Assembly (NCBI GenBank): GCA_048213135.1
Contig: PS015604.1
Coordinates: 19,107 to 59,597 of the forward strand
DNA: 40,491 nt
Source: Reclinomonas americana ATCC 50394
Lineage: Eukaryota
Reading direction: 5' to 3'
Positions 35,209 to 40,491 of the stretch are shown piece after piece. The notes under the pieces were generated by a model. That model was not told the DNA's origin. It did no database searches and saw nothing but the letters and a program-made list of their open reading frames with translations. Numbering within the stretch: position 1 is the stretch's first letter; every line of letters begins with the position of its first letter. Both the position numbers and the translations under genes were made by a program.

Positions 35209-38200
35209 ATGTCTGTCAGCAGCGGCATCGACACCTGCGTCGACGCTTGCATTCGCGGTGCGTGAGTGTTTGTGGCGACAACTGACGTGAACACTGGTTT
35301 TCGCGCGCTCAACACCCGCAATCACTTGCACAGAGTACCTCAGTCGTCGCAAGTACAAACAGACACTGGCGGCGTTCGACGCAGAGAATGTGCGTCTTTC
35401 TTGTTCACTGTGTGTGTGTCTCTCTCTCTTTCTCACAGTGCATCGCAGCCTCGCAACTCATCGTCGATCTCTTCTCGAGGCGAGCTCGCCAAGCGTCTGT
35501 GCATTCAGTCCATCATCAAAGCCAATGAGAAGCGAGGTCGGCACTACTCTCGCACTTCACTCTCGCTGTGTGCCTCAAGCCTCATCGCGCTTGCACAGAT
35601 CCACCACTGGTCTCCTTCTTGGAGATGATCGTGTGGCATTTCATGGAGATTGCCGAGATCAAGAAGGAGAAGAAGCGACCGTCGACGGCTGCTGCTGCGG
35701 TGGAGGAGAGCAATGAGCGAGAGGAGGAGGTGCGCAAGCCAGTGCGACCGGCATCGGCGCACGGCAACCGACCGCGCATGCCCGAGAGCGACGGAGCAGC
35801 AGCAGAGGCACCACCGGCTGCTGCGAGCAAGGCTGGATCACTGCAAGTGCCGGCCTGTTTCGTCCACACGCCTTGTTGGTGATGTTGGTGGTCACACTCA
35901 CAAGGCATGTGTGTGCTTGCAGTCTTGTCCAAGCGACCGACGTCGGCACCGAGTGCGGCCACCAAGGCTGCCGAGCGAGAGGTTTTTTATTTGCAACGAT
36001 GCTGTCGATGATCGTGTGGTCTCTCCCCACTCACTCGTGACATATCTTTTGACAGGCGTGTGTCATTGTGAAAAAGACAGGCGAAACCATCTATCGCTAC
36101 CCCGGTCAGATCCACGGGTGCGCTCGTGCTTGCCGGCCATTGCATAGGAGTTGTCTTCTCATTGTGTTTTGTAGAAATTCAATGGTGCTGGAGGACCTCA
36201 CCAACTGCACCGTGTGCATATGCGATCACTGTGCGCAAATCACGGTCGACAACTGCCACGACTGTCGCATTCTGATTGGCGCCAGCAGCGGCTCTGTCTC
36301 CGTGCGCGATACGACTCGCTGCCGATTGTACATTTGCTGGTCTGTAATACTCTGTTCTTTCTGTTTCCCCTGCTGGCGCCTACCCCTTTCCTCTGTCGTC
36401 GTCATCGCATACAGCAAGCAATTCCGTACGCGTGGTCTCACCGACTCGGATGTGTGGATCTACTGCAAGACCGATCCGGGGATTGAGGATGCGACCAATC
36501 TGCGCTTCGGTCCGTTCAACGCCTTTTATCCACGTGCCGACGAACACTTTGACGTTGCGCAGCCCCATCATGCCCCCTTCCCCCAACTCCTGCTGATCGT
36601 CGCCGCAGGCCGCAAATCTCGAACGCGAGACCGATCGTCACGAGTTTGTGTACGATTTCAGTCCGCAAGCCACCCGCGACTTCCCGCTGCCACACTGGCG
36701 CGAGATGACACCCGCCGAGGCCGCTGCCGAGTGGATCATTGAGCTCCCGGAACCACTGGCCGGCTCGCCAGTGAAGCCGGAGAACTGGGGACCCCCCGTG
36801 CATCCCGTCGACCCGCAACGTCGTCCAACTGCAGTTTCGCGCCAAAATTCCCGTGCGCTGCGGTGAGTCACCCACAGATCCACACGCGCTCATGTCACGC
36901 CCGAGAATAACGCGCGAGACTGTGTACTGGTCTGCCTGAGAGGGAGAGTGAGGAGAAGAAGAAGGGAGGTGAAGAAAGCGCTGACTGTGTGTGTGACCAG
37001 GGAGGATGATCCGACGCCGCCCACTCGATCCAGTGCATTCGGTGCTTCCTCATCTGCTGGCTCCTCCTCTGCACCACGTGGAGCAGCAGCAGCAGGTGGA
37101 GGAGGAGGCGGACGCGGTCTCTTTGCAGACACTGCAAGTGCTGTGCCATCATCTCTGCGCAAAGGTGATTGGATGCACGCAGATGCGCGTTGTCTCTCCC
37201 TCCTTCTGTGTTGCTCACTCTGCACATGTGTGTACACACAGGTGACAGCGATGACGAGGATGATGGGCCACCGGCTGTGTTCCGCCGACCTTCGGCTGCT
37301 GCGGGTGGACGCAAGTCATCGTTGCGCATCTCTGTCATTCATACTTGTGTTTCGTCGCTCATTGACACTACTGCGGTGACAGTCATGGAGCGGTCGATGC
37401 CGACGAGACTCCCATGAAGGTCAACGAAGTGATGGAGGAGGAGGATTTGGACGACGAGTTGGAGGAGTTGGATCGTTGCGTCCGTCCCTTTCCTCATCCT
37501 TCCTCACCCATGGGCTGACGCGGTGAGCAGGCGTGGCGCGTCCGGCTGGTGGAGCACGAAGCAGTGCCGGCGGTGCTGGACCGTCGACTGGCCCGCGCAC
37601 TGTCAATATGCAGCGCGCGGAGCAGTTGACACCTGCTGTCAGCCGTCAGCTTCGCTTGTTGCGTGGCGTGGGCGCCTGTGCTGTCGATGCCACGTGCCTG
37701 ACCCGCCGCGTGCGTGTATGTTTTTTCCGCGCGTAGGTTGTTGCTGGGTGAGCGTCTGTTGACGCCTGACTCGTGGCTGCAACAAGGATTGTTCTTCGAA
37801 ACCAAGCAGGGCCTGCACTTTGGATTGGTCCAGAACAACGTGAGTAACGACGATGTGCATGGGGACTCTGTTGGAAGGCTGTCAACTCAGTACATGTGTG
37901 CCACCGCAGGGCGGCCCGTGTGGCGTGCTGGCGTGCATCAACGCGTACATTGTTTATTACATTTTGTTTGTGGAGCGTCGTGGCAACAGGTGATCACGTG
38001 TGCGGTTCTCCTCTTCCACGCCCACGAGACACTGAATGCGTTTCTATCGCGCCCTGCAGTTTCCCGCAAGTGGCGGAGCACATGCAACGATCGGCTTTGG
38101 TTTATGCCATCACCGAGGTCATTTGGAACGTGGCCGAGGAGACGGGCGGAAATCGCGCTGTGATTGCCATGTTACGTCGTGCGCACTCTCACGCTCTCTC

Positions 38201-39221
38201 TCTCTCTATTCTCACAATGTGCACTCGGCTCTCCCTGCAGTCCTGGCAAGGCGCGCAGTCGCAATGACATTAATTTCGAGCAGGTGCGCTCAATCATCGT
38301 GGACAGCAAGTCGCAAGTGTCGGAGACCGTCGAGCAGCATCTGGCGTCGGTGAGTCGCTCGTCTAATACCTGCACGTATCGCCCTCCCTCAGTTTCATCA
38401 CCGCCTTCTCATTATCTTTGATGACAGTTCCAAGAACGCGAAGGCCTCGGCGTGTTCATGGTCGCCATTAGCTGCGTGCTGACGCGCGGCATTGATCGTG
38501 TGCGGGCCGACATGGATACGCTGGTGTCGGACACGACGCTTATCTCGCAGCGCGGATACTGCTCGCAGGTATGCACTCACGCATCGTAGTTTCTGTGCGC
38601 ACATCAGACACGATGGCTGACATGCACCGTCAGGAAATGATCAATCTCATGCTCGTCGGCCGCGCATCGACCAACGTGTTTGACGGAATTCGCAAGCTGG
38701 AGGGTACGTTTTGTCGTGCAGCACTTTCCCGTCTCCTCCGCACTGACGTGTCGTGCAGGCGAAAGCATTGAGCTCAAGGGCATCCACAAGCGCTCCAAGA
38801 TCGGCTTCCTGACGCTGTTTGAGAAGTACGGGCACATGGAGGTCGGCGCACACTACAAGGAGCCTGTGAGCCCTATCTGGGTCATTTGCAGCGAGAGCCA
38901 CTACACCATCCTGTTCGCCAAGGAAGACATTCCATCGCGCCAACAGCAGCGCGGTCGCTTTGATCTGTGGTACTACGATCAGCTGGCGCAGCAGGATTCG
39001 TCCATCATTCTCACAATCGGTGTGTGTGTGTGGTGTCTCTTCTCTCTTCTCTCTCCTCACTCACTCACTCGCTCTCTTTGTGCCGTCGCGCAGACACCAG
39101 CAATCACGACTTCCAGCCACCAGACAGCGACAAGGAGCTGGTGCCGCCAATCGACGACGTGATTCGCACCAAGTGGAAGCACGGGCAGGTGGATTGGAAC
39201 GGCACACAACCCTTCCTGTAA
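35209..39221 (+). CDS. MINDY4: MINDY4 (FAM188B)-like deubiquitinase with an internal RP2/TBCC (C-CAP/cofactor C) domain; 20 introns
   Basis: N-term CIREYLSRRKYKQTLAAFDAE..ISSRGELAKRL..ANEKRDPPLVSFLEMIV. Middle RYPGQIHG..NCTVCICDHCAQITVDNC..GSV..CCKQFR..PGIE..VYDFSP. C-term GLVQNNGGPCGVLA, GYCSQEMINL, GRASTNVFDG, PIWVICSESHYTILF, IRTKW..VDWNG; TAA 39219-39221. Confidence 0.88.
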
Positions 39222-39257
39222 AAAAAGCACCATTCTTCATTTTGATTGATTACCTCT

Positions 39258-40388
39258 CTATGATTGGGGTTGGTCGTCGGCTGATGGTTTCGGTCTCTTC
39301 CGCTCTGGACTCGACGTGGAGTCGCCAACCTCATCGCTCGCCACGCCCGCGGCATCGGCAGCCGAGGGACTGCGCGATCGCTTGGTGGTGACAGGAGCAG
39401 CAGCAGCAGCAGCAGCAGCGTCGACCTCCAACTCTGCGTCAAAGCTCGCCGCATATCTGGCCTCGATCGCCGCCACCGCCTCGGCCGCCTTTGCACGCAT
39501 GATAGCAGGCGACACGGTCGGCGCCGCCACCGACTCCTGCAACGATGCCACCGCCCTCGCCCCGGCCTTCTTGCTCCGCATGCGCATGAGCTGCGCCTGA
39601 ATCGCCGCCATTTGCGACGCCGCACTGCGCATCGCCACAGTCACATGAGCAGCCACAAGACGCGCAGAGAACAACAACAACAACGACAAAGCAACGCACG
39701 CAGAGGCAGCCTTGGCCGGCGCCGGCTTCTCCGCCTCCTTCTTCTTCGTCTTCTCCTCGCCCGTCGCCGGCTGCTGCGCCTCCGGCCGCTGCGCAACACG
39801 CATGATGAGCAGCATGGCCACTTGTCGCCCACTCATACAACACACGTACTCACCCGATCCTCCCAAAACTTCACTATCAGTCGTCGCCCTAAGAACTCCG
39901 TGCCATTCAACTCTTCGATCGCTCGCTCCGCATCCTGCATGCATTGTGAGCGCACGCAGGGCGGGGAGTGTGTGTGTGTGTAAGAGTGAGAGTGAGAGAC
40001 CTCACGCGTCTCATACTCGACCACCGCGTAGCCTCGTGGCTCTCCACGACGCGGACCACTCGTGTGAAACATGTACTCCAGTCGCGCAATCTTCCCGACT
40101 GGCGAGAACTTTTGCAGCACGTGAATCCTGCGTGGCGCAGTCAGTCCGTGAGCAACTGACATGAAAGAAAGAGGGAGAGAGAACGCAACTCGCGTGCTCT
40201 CAAGTCCAAGTTTCCCACAAACAGCTTGCATTCGACATTCTCCGCGCGTTCCTCTTTGGAGAACAGGTGCTCGCCAGTGCGCTCATAAGCCTGCACACAC
40301 ACAGAGTGTGTAAGTGACAGAGAGACAGGCTCACACACACAGAGAGAGCGCGCGCAACTCGATCACGAAAGCGACCGCGATTGCTCAT
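39258..40388 (-). CDS. RBM18: RBM18-like single-RRM RNA-binding protein; 5 introns
   Basis: KLFVGNLD, YMFHTSGPRRGEPRGYAVVEY, AERAIEELNG..LGRRLIVKF, QMAAIQAQL; ATG 40388, TAG 39260-39258. Confidence 0.88.
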
Positions 40389-40491
40389 TAAGTGAGAGTG
40401 AAGAGGTGGCGCAATTTCGTTTCAAGCGCGCGCGCGAAATAAGAACTTTCTTTGACGCACCTCACACGCGTCACTCACTCACTCTCACTCA

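Overview
GC-rich, gene-dense, intron-rich eukaryotic (protist-like) genomic DNA from a gapped draft assembly. N-gaps: 370-814, 1699-2239, 2873-2892, 26844-27165, 32486-33346, 33975-34371. Splicing by hand (about 120 mostly 60-100 nt introns) gives, in order: a partial hypothetical gene, SDF2, BCKDHB, UBE2O-like E2, a small complex I NUXM/20.9-kDa subunit not represented as a single ORF in the track, TMEM53, two tandem phospholipase B-like paralogs, a kinesin with an ARK-like motor, RPN6/PSMD11, a triple-PH protein, an intron-poor island (Crinkler-like relic, intronless fibre-like type II membrane protein, unknown two-domain nuclear protein), a MINDY4 deubiquitinase carrying an internal RP2/TBCC-type GAP domain, and RBM18. 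Two small contigs (2240-2872, 33347-33974) appear inverted; flipping them restores three genes in frame. Best leads: the MINDY4-RP2 fusion, a recurrent class of shifted-register 5' splice sites (GTTGCG), and the fibre-like protein island. Family calls come from remembered motifs, not database searches. Exon boundaries are inferred from reading frame and homology, not transcripts. The organism is not identified.
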